Source: Micrococcales bacterium
Lineage (GTDB): Bacteria; Actinomycetota; Actinomycetes; S36-B12; GCA-2699445
Length of the DNA stretch: 64,000 nt
Assembly (NCBI GenBank): GCA_002699445.1
Contig: PAAU01000020.1
Coordinates: forward strand, 2,532 to 66,531
Reading direction: 5' to 3'
Shown here: positions 21,453 through 32,943 of the stretch, one piece after another
Position numbering within the stretch: the stretch's first letter is position 1
How the letters are laid out: every line of letters begins with the position of its first letter
Made by a program: the position numbers and the translations under genes
Notes under the pieces: model-generated
The model's input: only the letters and a program-made list of their open reading frames with translations
What the model was told of the DNA's origin: nothing
Database searches by the model: none

Positions 21453-24400
21453 ATGAATAAACAGCTGCCCGTAGCTCAAGGGTTGTACGACCCTGATTTT
21501 GAGCACGATGCATGTGGTTTGGCCTTCGTGGCAACCCTGACCGGTGAGCCTAGTCACGACATCGTCGTGAAGTCGTTGACCGCACTAAAGAATCTAGAGC
21601 ATCGAGGCGCTTCCGGCTCAGAGCCAGATTCGGGCGACGGAGCCGGCATTCTCACTCAGATACCGGACGACTTCTTTCGCAACGTCGTGGATTTTGATCT
21701 ACCCCAGGCTGGTCACTATGCGGTTGGAATCTCATTCTTGCCACAAGGTGACGAACTAGCGGCTGAGGCCGCCCAGCGCATCGATGCAATAGCTGATGAA
21801 GAAGGCCTCCGAGTTCTCGGCTGGCGCGACGTTCCGATCGACGTCAGCACCTTAGGTCAGACCGCCAAGAGCGTTATGCCGCGGTTTCGGCAGTTATTTG
21901 TTGCACCGGCAGATGGTATGGCAACTGGAATGGATCTAGAACGACTGGCGTTTTGCCTACGACGTCGGGCTGAAGTGGAAACTGACGTCTATTTCCCATC
22001 ATTGTCCTCCCGCACTATCGCGTATAAGGGAATGCTCACCACGGAACAACTAGAACTGTTTTTCCCAGATCTTCTCGATGTGCGCTACGCCTCTGCCATC
22101 GGTTTGGTGCACTCCAGGTTCTCTACCAACACCTTCCCCTCGTGGCCGCTGGCTCACCCATACCGGCTTATAGCTCATAACGGCGAAATCAATACCGTGA
22201 TGGGCAACCGAAACTGGATGCGAGCGCGCGAAGCGATGCTCACCAGCAAACTCATTCCCGGTGATCTCACTCGGTTGTTCCCCATTTGCTCGCCAGGTGG
22301 GAGTGACTCGGCCTCCTTTGACGAAGTCCTCGAATTGGTGCACCTTGGTGGTCGCTCCCTGCCGCATGCGGTCCTGATGATGATTCCTGAGGCGTGGGAA
22401 AACAACCCTGACATGGATCCGGCGCGACGGGCTTTCTACGAATTCCACTCGACGTTCATGGAGCCCTGGGACGGGCCCGCAAGCGTTTCATTCACCGACG
22501 GAACGCTCATTGGGGCAGTACTGGACCGAAATGGTCTACGCCCGGGACGTTTCTGGGTGACAGACGATGGTCTAGTCGTTCTTGCCTCAGAAGCGGGCGT
22601 CCTTGATATCGATCAGTCAACAATCGTACGCAAGGGAAGGCTTCAGCCGGGACGAATGTTCCTAGTCGACACCGCCGCAGGTCGAATCCGTGAGGATGAT
22701 GAGATCAAGGCGGAGCTTGCCGCAGCGCAGCCTTATGAAGAATGGCTCCGTCAAGGAATTATTCATCTCGATGATCTTCCTGACCGGGAACACGTTGTTC
22801 ATTCGCGGGAATCAGTCCTCCGCCGACAACAGACCTTTGGCTACACCGAAGAGGAGTTGCGGATACTCCTGTCTCCAATGGCTCGCAACGGTGCCGAACC
22901 AATCGGATCAATGGGTACTGACACGCCGATAGCAGCCATCAGCGATAGATCTCGCATGCTATTCGACTACTTCTCCCAGTTGTTTGCTCAAGTGACCAAT
23001 CCGCCGCTAGATGCGATTCGTGAAGAGATCATCACCTCATTGGGCACCAGTATTGGTCCGGAAGGTAACGTCCTGGAACCTGCGGCTTCGCACTGCCGTC
23101 AGGTGCGGTTGCCGTTCCCGGTCATTTCCAATGATGACCTGTCCAAGATTCTCCATATTGATGCTGACGGTGATCGTCCTGGTCTCGCGGCGGCGCGCGT
23201 TTCTGGCTTGTATCGGGTGGCCGGCGGCGGTGAAGCGCTGCAGCGTCGACTTGATGAAATTTGTCGTGAGGTTGATGCACTGATCCGTCAGGGCAACCGT
23301 TTTATCATTTTGTCGGATCGAGAGTCTGACGCTGAGCGTGCACCGATACCCTCCCTGCTCCTCACTGCGGCAGTTCACCATCATTTGGTGCGAGAAAAAA
23401 GCCGCACCATGGCGGGCATCATTGTGGAAGCAGGTGATGTTCGTGAGGTTCATCATGTGGCGCTGCTTATTGGGTATGGTGCTGCTGCGGTGAACCCATA
23501 TCTAGCTATGGAGACGGCCGAAAATTTGGCACGTCGCGGGATGCTTGGCGATACACCGCCGGACACTGCGGTACGCAACCTCATCAAGGCCCTGGGCAAG
23601 GGCGTCCTGAAAGTTATGTCCAAAATGGGCGTCTCCACCGTGACGTCTTACTGTGGTGCTCAAATCTTTGAAGCCATTGGGCTCTCTCAGGAACTAGTAG
23701 ATCGATATTTCACAGGTACCACCTCCAAACTGGGTGGCATCGGGCTGGACGTTATTGCTGAAGAAGTCGCGCAGCGTCATCGAGTGTCCTACCCGCCAAG
23801 TGGAATTTCTCCGGCTCATCGTCGGTTGGCAGTGGGTGGCGAATACCAGTGGCGTCGCGAAGGCGAGCCACACCTCTTTGATCCCGAGACGGTATTCCGG
23901 TTGCAGCACTCCACCAAGGAAAATCGGGCGGACATCTTTCGGGAATACACCGACGCGGTAGACGATCAGTCGGAGCGACTCATGACGCTCCGCGGTCTCT
24001 TCGATTTGAAGGTAGGCGAACGTCAACCGATTTCGCTGGATGAAGTAGAGCCAGCCAGCGAAATCGTGAAGCGCTTTTCCACGGGTGCGATGTCCTATGG
24101 TTCGATCTCCGCAGAAGCTCATGAAACCCTGGCTATCGCAATGAACCGTCTTGGAGCCAAGTCCAATACTGGCGAAGGTGGTGAGGATCCAGAAAGATTC
24201 CAGCCTATGCCCAATGGCGATTCCAAGCGTTCGGCGATCAAGCAGGTAGCTTCGGGTCGTTTCGGCGTCACCAGCGAGTACCTCGTTAATGCGGATGACA
24301 TCCAAATTAAGATGGCCCAGGGCGCGAAGCCCGGTGAGGGTGGTCAACTGCCGGGGCACAAGGTGTACCCGTGGGTTGCCAAGACTCGGCATTCGACCCC

Positions 24401-25976
24401 AGGCGTGGGTTTGATATCGCCGCCACCGCACCATGACATCTACTCGATTGAAGATCTGGCCCAGTTAATTCACGATCTCAAGAACGCTAATGACCGGGCC
24501 CGGATTCACGTGAAGCTCGTGTCTGAAGTTGGCGTTGGAACTGTCGCTGCCGGTGTGAGTAAAGCTCACGCGGATGTCATTTTGATTTCTGGCCACGACG
24601 GCGGTACTGGTGCGTCTCCGCTGACTTCACTAAAGCACGCGGGCGCGCCTTGGGAGCTGGGCCTCGCGGAGACCCAGCAAACCTTATTGCTCAATGGCTT
24701 GCGCGATCGAGTAGTGGTCCAAACCGACGGACAGATGAAGACTGGTCGAGACGTCGTGATCGCGGCACTGCTCGGTGCTGAAGAGTATGGCTTCTCGTCG
24801 GCGCCGCTGGTAGTCATGGGTTGCATCATGATGCGGGTGTGTCATCTAGATACCTGCCCTGTGGGCGTAGCGACTCAAAACCCTGAGCTGCGGGAAAGAT
24901 TCACTGGTCAAGCTGACCATGTGGTGAACTTCTTCCTCTTCATCGCGGAGCAGGTCCGGGAATATCTGGCCGCTTTAGGCTTTCGTTCGCTCGATGAGGT
25001 GATTGGCCACACGGAGATGCTGGATACCAAGACTGCAGTGAGCCACTGGAAGGCTCACGGGATGGATTTGTCGCCCATCTTGCATGTCCCTGAGGTAGAT
25101 CACCCTCGGCATCAGCAGGTGGCGCAGGACCATGGCCTAGAGCACGCATTGGACAACCAGCTCATCGAAATCTGCCATGATGCCATCAAGAATGGCGAAC
25201 CAGTTCGGGCGCAGGTCCAGATTCGAAACGTCAACCGAACCGTGGGAACCATGCTCGGGTCCAGGGTCACTCGAGCCAACGGCGGTGAAGGCTTGCCCGA
25301 CGAGACGATCGACCTGACCTTGATTGGTTCGGCAGGTCAGTCCTTCGGCGCATTTGTTCCCAGCGGGATCACTCTGAGACTTGAAGGTGACGCAAACGAC
25401 TACCTAGGCAAGGGATTGTCCGGTGGTCGACTAGTGGTCCGACCGAATCGAAGTGCTGTGTTCGCTGCTGAAGATCACATAATTGCAGGCAACGTGATCG
25501 GTTACGGTGCCACCGACGGTGAGATTTACCTGCGAGGTCGTGTGGGTGAACGATTCTGTGTTCGTAACTCGGGCGCAGTGGCAGTCGTTGAAGGTATTGG
25601 CGATCACGGGTGCGAATACATGACTGGTGGCCGAGCAGTAGTCCTGGGAGCCACCGGCCGAAATTTCGCAGCTGGCATGTCCGGTGGAACCGCGTACTTG
25701 CTGGACCCGGATCCGATGCGGATCAATACCGAAATGGTTCAGTTGGAGCCGCTAGATGAAGAAGATCGAGAATTCCTATTGTATGCAATCCGGCGTCACT
25801 TCGAGGAGACAGAATCGGTAGTAGCGGAGCAACTCTTGGCAGATCCGGAAGCGTCGTTAGCGCGCTTCGGCAAAGTCATGCCGATCGACTATAAGCGCGT
25901 GCTCCAAGCTCGTGCTCGTGCAGAACTAGAGGGCCGCGATCCAATCGCGGCAGTGATGGAGGCAACCCATGGCTGA
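21453..25976 (+). CDS. gltB: Glutamate synthase large subunit
   Basis: Motifs [37 protein letters not shown] and [14 protein letters not shown]; ATG 21453 follows GGAGG. Confidence 0.98.
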   Translation: MNKQLPVAQGLYDPDFEHDACGLAFVATLTGEPSHDIVVKSLTALKNLEHRGASGSEPDSGDGAGILTQIPDDFFRNVVDFDLPQAGHYAVGISFLPQGDELAAEAAQRIDAIADEEGLRVLGWRDVPIDVSTLGQTAKSVMPRFRQLFVAPADGMATGMDLERLAFCLRRRAEVETDVYFPSLSSRTIAYKGMLTTEQLELFFPDLLDVRYASAIGLVHSRFSTNTFPSWPLAHPYRLIAHNGEINTVMGNRNWMRAREAMLTSKLIPGDLTRLFPICSPGGSDSASFDEVLELVHLGGRSLPHAVLMMIPEAWENNPDMDPARRAFYEFHSTFMEPWDGPASVSFTDGTLIGAVLDRNGLRPGRFWVTDDGLVVLASEAGVLDIDQSTIVRKGRLQPGRMFLVDTAAGRIREDDEIKAELAAAQPYEEWLRQGIIHLDDLPDREHVVHSRESVLRRQQTFGYTEEELRILLSPMARNGAEPIGSMGTDTPIAAISDRSRMLFDYFSQLFAQVTNPPLDAIREEIITSLGTSIGPEGNVLEPAASHCRQVRLPFPVISNDDLSKILHIDADGDRPGLAAARVSGLYRVAGGGEALQRRLDEICREVDALIRQGNRFIILSDRESDAERAPIPSLLLTAAVHHHLVREKSRTMAGIIVEAGDVREVHHVALLIGYGAAAVNPYLAMETAENLARRGMLGDTPPDTAVRNLIKALGKGVLKVMSKMGVSTVTSYCGAQIFEAIGLSQELVDRYFTGTTSKLGGIGLDVIAEEVAQRHRVSYPPSGISPAHRRLAVGGEYQWRREGEPHLFDPETVFRLQHSTKENRADIFREYTDAVDDQSERLMTLRGLFDLKVGERQPISLDEVEPASEIVKRFSTGAMSYGSISAEAHETLAIAMNRLGAKSNTGEGGEDPERFQPMPNGDSKRSAIKQVASGRFGVTSEYLVNADDIQIKMAQGAKPGEGGQLPGHKVYPWVAKTRHSTPGVGLISPPPHHDIYSIEDLAQLIHDLKNANDRARIHVKLVSEVGVGTVAAGVSKAHADVILISGHDGGTGASPLTSLKHAGAPWELGLAETQQTLLLNGLRDRVVVQTDGQMKTGRDVVIAALLGAEEYGFSSAPLVVMGCIMMRVCHLDTCPVGVATQNPELRERFTGQADHVVNFFLFIAEQVREYLAALGFRSLDEVIGHTEMLDTKTAVSHWKAHGMDLSPILHVPEVDHPRHQQVAQDHGLEHALDNQLIEICHDAIKNGEPVRAQVQIRNVNRTVGTMLGSRVTRANGGEGLPDETIDLTLIGSAGQSFGAFVPSGITLRLEGDANDYLGKGLSGGRLVVRPNRSAVFAAEDHIIAGNVIGYGATDGEIYLRGRVGERFCVRNSGAVAVVEGIGDHGCEYMTGGRAVVLGATGRNFAAGMSGGTAYLLDPDPMRINTEMVQLEPLDEEDREFLLYAIRRHFEETESVVAEQLLADPEASLARFGKVMPIDYKRVLQARARAELEGRDPIAAVMEATHG

Positions 25977-27423
25977 TCCCCGAGGATTCATGAAGAGCGG
26001 CAGGGAACTGCCGAAACGACGACCAGTCGATGTGCGTATCCGCGATTGGCAAGAGGTCTATGAAGAGATGTCCAGCGAGGGCGTTCGAGAACAAGCCGGC
26101 CGCTGTATGGACTGCGGGATTCCCTTTTGTCACAACGGTTGCCCGCTCGGAAATCTCATCCCCGAGTGGAATGATCTGGTCTGGCGTGACGACTGGCGAG
26201 TTGCCAGTGAACGTCTCCATGCAACTAATAACTTTCCGGAATTCACCGGACGCCTATGTCCGGCTCCCTGCGAGACGGCTTGTGTTCTAGGGATCAATCA
26301 GCCAGCGGTCACTATCAAACAGGTTGAGGTTTCGATTGTGGACCGAGCCTGGGATGAAGGTTGGATACGTCCGCAGATTCCGGATCGGCAGTCGGGAAAG
26401 ACCGTAGCGGTCGTTGGCTCCGGCCCGGCGGGGCTCGCCGCGGCGCAACAGTTGGCGCGAGCTGGCCATACCGTGGCGGTGTATGAAAGATCGGACCGCA
26501 TCGGTGGGCTGTTGCGGTACGGCATCCCGGAATTCAAGATGGAAAAGGTTCAGTTGGATCGACGACTGGAGCAGATGACGGCTGAAGGCGTTCGATTTCG
26601 CACTGGTATCGAGGTAGGTACTGACGTTACCGGTGAAGAGCTTCGGCGACGCTATGACGCGGTCGTATTGGCGAATGGAGCCACACTCGGCCGGGAGCTC
26701 CCCGTCCCGGGCAGAGAGTTGGACGGTGTTCATCAAGCGATGGAATTCCTGCCGCTCGCGAACCGAGTAGTTGCTGGTGACATAGATGACTCACCTATCG
26801 ATGTCGAAGATGCTCACGTTGTGATCATCGGCGGCGGTGATACGGGAGCAGATTGCTTGGGGACTTCTCACCGACAGGGTGCCGCCTCGGTGACCCAGCT
26901 GGAGATCATGCCGCACCCACCCGAGCATCGTCCGGATTCACAGCCGTGGCCGACGTATCCGATGACTTATCGTGTATCCACCGCGCATGAAGAGGGTGGC
27001 GACCGTGTGTACGCGGTGTCCACCCAAGAATTCGTTCCTGGCGAGGACGGTCGAGTGGCTGCGCTTCGCTTGGTAGAAGTTGAATCAGTCGATGGCAAGT
27101 TCCAGTCAGTCGCAGGTAGCGAACGAGAGATACCCGCAGACTACGTATTTCTGGCTATGGGCTTCACTGGTGTCGAGCCGGGTGGCTGGGTAACTCAGTT
27201 TGGTGTGGGACTTGATGAACGAGGCAACATAGAGCGCGAGGATGACTACAGCACCTTGGCGGATGGAGTTTTTGTTGCTGGTGACTCAGGTCGCGGCCAA
27301 TCGCTCATTGTTTGGGCCATTGCGGAAGGTCGGGCAGCGGCGGCGTCGGTAGACGCGTATCTCAGTGGAAGCACCAATCTTCCGCGGCCAATACCTGCTT
27401 CGGCTCGCTCCCTCACTGTGTAA
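25969..27423 (+). CDS. gltD: Glutamate synthase small subunit
   Basis: Motifs [39 protein letters not shown] and [10 protein letters not shown]. Confidence 0.97.
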   Translation: MADPRGFMKSGRELPKRRPVDVRIRDWQEVYEEMSSEGVREQAGRCMDCGIPFCHNGCPLGNLIPEWNDLVWRDDWRVASERLHATNNFPEFTGRLCPAPCETACVLGINQPAVTIKQVEVSIVDRAWDEGWIRPQIPDRQSGKTVAVVGSGPAGLAAAQQLARAGHTVAVYERSDRIGGLLRYGIPEFKMEKVQLDRRLEQMTAEGVRFRTGIEVGTDVTGEELRRRYDAVVLANGATLGRELPVPGRELDGVHQAMEFLPLANRVVAGDIDDSPIDVEDAHVVIIGGGDTGADCLGTSHRQGAASVTQLEIMPHPPEHRPDSQPWPTYPMTYRVSTAHEEGGDRVYAVSTQEFVPGEDGRVAALRLVEVESVDGKFQSVAGSEREIPADYVFLAMGFTGVEPGGWVTQFGVGLDERGNIEREDDYSTLADGVFVAGDSGRGQSLIVWAIAEGRAAAASVDAYLSGSTNLPRPIPASARSLTV

Positions 27424-27535
27424 CCAGGCGCAACTCGAGAGGCAGCCGGGCAAGTCCAAGTCGCAAAGTCGCAATGTTGAGCTTCGCTGACTGCAATACT
27501 CACAGCTGACCGTACCGAGTTTGGGGTCAGTGGCT

Positions 27536-28684
27536 ATGTCTGAGCAGGAGCACACCGAGCGGCAGCCACTTCGTGTGCCAGAAACTTTGCAATCGATCGC
27601 TGGTATCACCTGGCGCCTTCTCATTATTGGGATCGCCTTCTACCTCTTAGTGATGGCGTTAAATCTGATTTTTCCCGTAGCTATTGCGTTCTTCCTTGCC
27701 ATGTTCACCACGGCTTTGGCTGATCCGATCGCCAGGATTTTTATGCGGGTCTTGCCGAAGTGGTTGTCGGTGGTCCTCGCATTACTATTGATCTTCTTGG
27801 CATCAGTATTCTTGATCGGGCGAGTGATCGGGTCGATTGTTGAGCAGGGACCGGCGTTGGCCGAGGCGATCAGCGCGGGTATTACTGAAATTGAAAATTG
27901 GCTGCAGCAGGGTCCGTTAAGCCTCAGTTCAGATCAGGTGGGACAGGTCGAGCAAAAGGCTCAAGAAATGCTTGCTAGTTTCGGGCAATCCGCGGTCGAA
28001 CTGGTAGTTAATGAGTTGGGAACGCTGGGGACTCTCATTGTCGCCGGCTCTGTTTACATCTTCGGAACTATTTTCTTCATGACAACGGGCCGTGAGATTT
28101 GGAAGTGGGCAGTCGATTGGGCGCCGGATCGCACCCGAGCGGCCGTGGACGTATGTGGACAACTGGCCTGGAACAACATCGCTGGTTATACCCGAGGTGT
28201 CGTTCTAGTGGCGATTGCCGACGCCACCTTGGTCCTGATTGGATTGCTGATCTTGGGGGTACCGCTGGCACCGGTTTTGGCTGCCGTTGTCTTTGTCGGC
28301 GCCTTCATTCCTGTGATTGGTGCGCCTATCGCGACGCTCCTCGCTGCGCTCGTTGCCCTTGCGACAATGGGCCCCACGACAGCTCTCTTAGTCGTCGTTC
28401 TTACCGTGATCGTGGGTTCGTTCGATGGTGACGTTTTGCAACCCCTGGTTATGGGCCGCACCGTACAACTCCATCCATTGGCCATCGTGTCGATTATCGC
28501 CGTTGGTGCCATCACTTTGGGAATTGTGGGAGCGCTTATCGCTATCCCGGTTGCTTCGTCGATCTATGCGGTGCTGAAATATCTGACAGGTCGGGACCCC
28601 AATCATCCGTTCCCACCTGATCAGACCGCTGATGATTCAACGGTGGATAAGGTGGGTCAGCCCGAGCCGGCGAAAGGTTCTTAG
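27536..28684 (+). CDS. AI-2E family transporter
   Basis: Multiple TM helices; FIPVIGA and LQPLVMGRTVQLHPL...GIVGALIAIP motifs. Confidence 0.9.
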   Translation: MSEQEHTERQPLRVPETLQSIAGITWRLLIIGIAFYLLVMALNLIFPVAIAFFLAMFTTALADPIARIFMRVLPKWLSVVLALLLIFLASVFLIGRVIGSIVEQGPALAEAISAGITEIENWLQQGPLSLSSDQVGQVEQKAQEMLASFGQSAVELVVNELGTLGTLIVAGSVYIFGTIFFMTTGREIWKWAVDWAPDRTRAAVDVCGQLAWNNIAGYTRGVVLVAIADATLVLIGLLILGVPLAPVLAAVVFVGAFIPVIGAPIATLLAALVALATMGPTTALLVVVLTVIVGSFDGDVLQPLVMGRTVQLHPLAIVSIIAVGAITLGIVGALIAIPVASSIYAVLKYLTGRDPNHPFPPDQTADDSTVDKVGQPEPAKGS

Positions 28685-28686
28685 AC

Positions 28687-30084
28687 ATGTCCGGTACTTC
28701 ATCTTCTGACAAGGACAGAGAGTCCGGCAAAGATATTCGCAAGCGGTTGCCACGAAAACACTTGGGATCGTTTGATATCGGTAAACGTGACGTAGCATCC
28801 CTCTTTCTCGCAGCGCATCAGAACCAAGATCCGGAGTTGGTCGCGCTAAGTGCTGCTTCGATGGCCACGTCTCCCTATGTCTTTTTCCAGGGTTCCGCCA
28901 AGCAAATGGCTAATGATTTAGCCCAACAGTCAGACACTGGACTCCGTTGCCAACTGATCGGAAACGCTGATCCAAGAAACTTTGGTGGTTACGGATTACC
29001 CGGAAGAGAGATAGTTTTTGATGCAGTCGATTTCTGCGAGACGCATGAGGGTCCCTTCGAATGGGACGTAAAGCGACTGGTTACTGGCGCTCTATTGATG
29101 GGAATGGATCGAGGAGCTTCCGACCGTCAAGCAAGAAAGCTAGCAAGCATCGCGGCCAACAGTTATCTAGATGCGATCCGAGGATTCGATCGGGAGTCAA
29201 TGCTGACGGTCTGGTACTCGCAACTCGATGATGATGACTCGGTTGCGGTATGGGCCGAATCTGGAGGTGCTCGGACGGTCGCGGAGGTAATGAGGAGCGC
29301 TAAGCGCGCGCGTCGTCGAACGAACCAACACGCAGCTCAAGAAATGACGAAGAAATCGGGAAGCAAGCGGCGGTTCCGGCGAAAACTGCCGCTACTTGAG
29401 CCGATTAGTGATCTTTTATCTGAGGCTGATGCCGCCAGATTGCGACAGGCTGTTGACCGCGGCTGGCAGGCGCACCTCGCATCTTTAGGGAGAAATCGCC
29501 AATACTTGCTGAGTCGGTATCAATTGGTGGACCTGGCTCGCCTCGTGGTGGGGGTCTCCGGATCATCGGTGAGACGTTATGCGGCGCTTCTCGTCGAGGA
29601 AGGCGATGTGAATGAACCGGTCGTCCTAGAGCTAGCGGAAGTGGGTTCTTCCGGTCTCCAACACCATGTGCCGACGGTTAGCTATGACAGCGATGCCCAA
29701 CGACTGATCACTGGGCAACGGATGATTCAGGCGACACCGGATCCGTTCCTGAGCTGGCTGGATTTTGCAGATCACGACGGTACTGAGCGCACTTGGCAGA
29801 TTCGTCAGCTTCGGGACTGGAAGCGGTCGCTAGATTTTGCCAACACTGGTGAGCGTGGCCAGACCGTATTTATGAAAATGTGTGGTTGGGCGCTTGCCAG
29901 AGCTCATGCCCGCTCAGGCGAGCGTCACGCAATCGCCGGATATGTCGGTCGAAACTCGACCACGGCGAACGCGTTAGTCGCTTTCGCGGACGCCTATGCA
30001 GCCCAGATTGTCGACGATCATCGGACCTTCTGCGCCGCAATCGCAAAGGGGCAGATAGCTGTGCCTCATGCTGATAACGAGTAA
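28687..30084 (+). CDS. DUF2252-like (kinase-like fold) protein, apparently degenerate
   Basis: GPFEWDVKRL, GQRMIQA, RQLRDWK and CGWALARAHARSG retained; canonical GDAHxxNF/DxNDFDE altered. Confidence 0.85.
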   Translation: MSGTSSSDKDRESGKDIRKRLPRKHLGSFDIGKRDVASLFLAAHQNQDPELVALSAASMATSPYVFFQGSAKQMANDLAQQSDTGLRCQLIGNADPRNFGGYGLPGREIVFDAVDFCETHEGPFEWDVKRLVTGALLMGMDRGASDRQARKLASIAANSYLDAIRGFDRESMLTVWYSQLDDDDSVAVWAESGGARTVAEVMRSAKRARRRTNQHAAQEMTKKSGSKRRFRRKLPLLEPISDLLSEADAARLRQAVDRGWQAHLASLGRNRQYLLSRYQLVDLARLVVGVSGSSVRRYAALLVEEGDVNEPVVLELAEVGSSGLQHHVPTVSYDSDAQRLITGQRMIQATPDPFLSWLDFADHDGTERTWQIRQLRDWKRSLDFANTGERGQTVFMKMCGWALARAHARSGERHAIAGYVGRNSTTANALVAFADAYAAQIVDDHRTFCAAIAKGQIAVPHADNE

Positions 30085-30155
30085 CGCCCAGGCAACGCAC
30101 AATGAGTCGTCGACTAGTAGGCTAATCCAGACCAACATGAGTACCAGGAGGACTA

Positions 30156-30590
30156 GTGACCGAGACGGATATGGAACTGGGGCCCATCGATTATTTGGTG
30201 GTGGAATATTCTCCTGCCGGTCCCAGCGGTGAGGCGCTGCCTCATTTGATCGAGATGGTCGATCGAGGAATCATCCGGATCCTGGACGTAGCCCTCATCG
30301 TCAAAGCCGATGACGGCAGCCATCAGCGCATTGATTTGGCTGACGTCATGCCTATGGGCATCGTGGAGTTAGGGCTTCTAGACGGAGCCGCCACCGGGAT
30401 GCTGGATGCGGACGATATTGCGGAGGCAGCTGCGGTAATCGAAGCCGGTCGCGTAGGTGCAGTTCTGGTATACGAGAACTCGTGGGCCGCGCCCTTCGCC
30501 ACTGCGCTTCGTCGGGCTGGCGGACAGGTTGTCGCGGGTGGACGTATCCCGGTGCAGGAAATTCTTGAAGCGTTAGAAGAAATCGACTAG
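30156..30590 (+). CDS. DUF6325-like small acidic protein
   Basis: Motifs GPIDYLVVE, GIIRILD, YENSWAAPFATALRRAGG and GRIP; AGGAGG SD. Confidence 0.82.
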   Translation: MTETDMELGPIDYLVVEYSPAGPSGEALPHLIEMVDRGIIRILDVALIVKADDGSHQRIDLADVMPMGIVELGLLDGAATGMLDADDIAEAAAVIEAGRVGAVLVYENSWAAPFATALRRAGGQVVAGGRIPVQEILEALEEID

Positions 30591-30600
30591 GAGTAGAGAT

Positions 30601-30888
30601 ATGCCAAGGTTAATTAGAGCTGCCACTCGAACCGCAGTCGTTGCAGGCACAGCCACGGCGGTTTCTGGGCGAGTAGCCAGGCGCCAAAACGATAAATGGT
30701 CACAACAACAGGCCGAGCAGCAGGCACAGCAAGCTGCCCCGGCACCGCAGGCTGCCCCGCCAGCCCCGGCACCAAGCAGTGCGGATGACCAGATTGCGCA
30801 GTTGAAGCGTCTCGAGGAACTAAAGACAGCTGGAGTTATCAGCGAGGCTGAATACGAGTCGCAGCGCAAGAAGGTCTTAGGATTCTGA
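30601..30888 (+). CDS. SHOCT domain-containing protein
   Basis: RTAVVAGTATAVSGRV N-terminus, Q/A/P linker and QLKRLEELKTAGVISEAEYESQRKKVL (SHOCT). Confidence 0.88.
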   Translation: MPRLIRAATRTAVVAGTATAVSGRVARRQNDKWSQQQAEQQAQQAAPAPQAAPPAPAPSSADDQIAQLKRLEELKTAGVISEAEYESQRKKVLGF

Positions 30889-30962
30889 TCCATCGCAGAC
30901 CGTAACAGTGGCTAGGGCGTAACTACACTGCGCTGGCCGAAGGCTCCCGCTAGAGTCCAAGA

Positions 30963-32378
30963 ATGCGCCGAGCCAAAATTGTCTGCACGATGGGGCCGGC
31001 GACTGCGGGCTACGAAACTACCCGGAACCTGGTTGTTGCGGGAATGGATGTAGCTCGACTGAACTTGAGCCACGGTACTTACGCCGACCATGAAGCCACC
31101 TATGCGAACATTCGGCGTGCGGGTGATGAAGTAGGTCGTGGTGTTGGCATTCTTGCGGATCTGCAGGGGCCGAAAATCCGGCTCGGTGAATTTCTCGACG
31201 GAGCGGTCGACTTGGTGGAGGACGATGAGTTCACTATCACCGTCGAGGATGTGCCAGGCGACCAGAAAGTTTGCTCAACCACCTACCCCGGCCTACCGGA
31301 AGACGTATCGCCTGGGGACCGAATTCTTATTGATGACGGTCGTGTAACTGTCGAGGTGTCGAGCGTGGCCGGCCCTAGAGTTGCCACCCGAGTTGTCGAG
31401 GGGGGCCGGCTCTCGAATCATAAAGGTTTGAATCTTCCTGGAGTAGCAGTCTCAGTGCCCGCTCTGACCCGGAAGGATGAGGCAGATTTGAGGTGGGCGA
31501 TTCGCCTCGGAATCGACATGATCGCCCTGTCCTTCGTTCGGCAGCCGGAAGATATCGAGCTTGTGCACCAAATCATGGACGAGGAAGGCCGGCGGTTGCC
31601 GGTACTAGCTAAAGTGGAGAAACCACAAGCGATCCATCAGCTGGAAGAAATCGTCGCCGCCTTCAACGGGGTAATGGTCGCTCGCGGTGATCTAGGGGTT
31701 GAACTTAAGCTGGAGGAAGTGCCGCTTGAGCAGAAGCGGGCGATCGATCTGTGCCGACGTGCAGGAAAACCCGTGATTGTGGCGACTCAGATGCTGGACT
31801 CCATGATGGCTGCGAGCCGACCTACCCGTGCCGAGGTGTCAGATGTAGCAAATGCCGTCTTGGATGGTGCCGATGCGTTGATGCTGTCCGGGGAGACGAG
31901 TGTTGGGGTTAACCCACAGCATGTCGTGGAGACCATGTCGACGATCATCGAGCATGTCGAGACTGAAGCTTTGGAGCGCCTCAGCACGGCGCCACAGGAG
32001 AAAGAGGCTTCAACCGCGCGGGCTATAACCCGTGCTGCGGTTAGCGTTGCTCACGAGGTTGATGCGCAGTACATCATCGCTTTCACGGAAACTGGCTCCA
32101 CTGCCCGCTTAATTTCGCGGCATCGCTCGACTATCCCGCTCTTGGCTTTTACTCCAAACCCAGAGGTACGAAGTCGATTGGCTTTGGTCTGGGGCGTTGA
32201 AACCTTTATGGCACCTCAGGTGCGCCATACAGATGACCTCGTGCAACAGGTGGATACGTCATTGCTGTCCATTGGTCGAGTGACGCTTGGGCAGCGGTTA
32301 GTGATCGTCGCCGGGGTCCCACCTGGCGTGCCAGGTACGACTAATGGCATGCGAGTTCACACAGTGGGACATGGATAG
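30963..32378 (+). CDS. pyk: Pyruvate kinase
   Basis: Motifs AKIVCTMGP, DLQGPKIR, MVARGDLGVE, ATQMLDSM and MLSGET. Confidence 0.98.
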   Translation: MRRAKIVCTMGPATAGYETTRNLVVAGMDVARLNLSHGTYADHEATYANIRRAGDEVGRGVGILADLQGPKIRLGEFLDGAVDLVEDDEFTITVEDVPGDQKVCSTTYPGLPEDVSPGDRILIDDGRVTVEVSSVAGPRVATRVVEGGRLSNHKGLNLPGVAVSVPALTRKDEADLRWAIRLGIDMIALSFVRQPEDIELVHQIMDEEGRRLPVLAKVEKPQAIHQLEEIVAAFNGVMVARGDLGVELKLEEVPLEQKRAIDLCRRAGKPVIVATQMLDSMMAASRPTRAEVSDVANAVLDGADALMLSGETSVGVNPQHVVETMSTIIEHVETEALERLSTAPQEKEASTARAITRAAVSVAHEVDAQYIIAFTETGSTARLISRHRSTIPLLAFTPNPEVRSRLALVWGVETFMAPQVRHTDDLVQQVDTSLLSIGRVTLGQRLVIVAGVPPGVPGTTNGMRVHTVGHG

Positions 32379-32399
32379 TTTCCAGTGTGGGTCCGCGAG

Positions 32400-32888
32400 C
32401 TAGTCCAGTGACTTGCTCGCATCTGCATTGAGCACGCCCCAGGCGATGAGTTCCTCCGCTAGGGCCGATGGTGTGGTGTCGTAGATCACCGCGAGTGTGC
32501 GGAGGTCATCACCACGTACAGTCAAGACTCGGCCGTTGTAGTCGCCCCGCTGCGCTTGAATGGCGTTGAGGTAACGGGTCAAAGGTCCCGACTTATCGGG
32601 TGGAACATTGGCCAACTTTTCCAGGTCGATCACGATGCGTGCGGGTGGTTCGTGTGAGGCGGTGGCTGAACCACCCGGAAGTAAGACGGCAACTGGCACG
32701 CCATAAAAGTCCGCCAGTTGAGCGAGCTTGGCGACAGTGACTGCTCGATCTCCCCGTTCGTAGGAACCGATCACGACAGCCTTCCACTTGCCGCCGGACT
32801 TCTCCTCGACCCGCTGTAACGAGAGTCCTTGCTGCTGCCGGATCGCGCGCAAGCGACCTCCGAGTGCGCGTGCATATTCCGTGGACAT
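32400..32888 (-). CDS. bldD: BldD family XRE transcriptional regulator
   Basis: LRAIRQQQGLSL..VEEKS..WKAVVIGSYERGDRAVTV HTH; C-terminal RGDYNGRVLTVRGDD; divergent from pyrR as in Streptomyces. Confidence 0.93.
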   Translation of the reverse strand: MSTEYARALGGRLRAIRQQQGLSLQRVEEKSGGKWKAVVIGSYERGDRAVTVAKLAQLADFYGVPVAVLLPGGSATASHEPPARIVIDLEKLANVPPDKSGPLTRYLNAIQAQRGDYNGRVLTVRGDDLRTLAVIYDTTPSALAEELIAWGVLNADASKSLD

Positions 32889-32943
32889 ACTCGATCTCCT
32901 ATCGCGCGATCGTGTGGATTGCCGACTACGGCGAACCAGCGCA

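Noticed and set aside
27451-27475. AAGTCGCA tandem repeat between gltD and the AI-2E gene
   Set aside because: Only two 8-bp copies; cannot be distinguished from chance.
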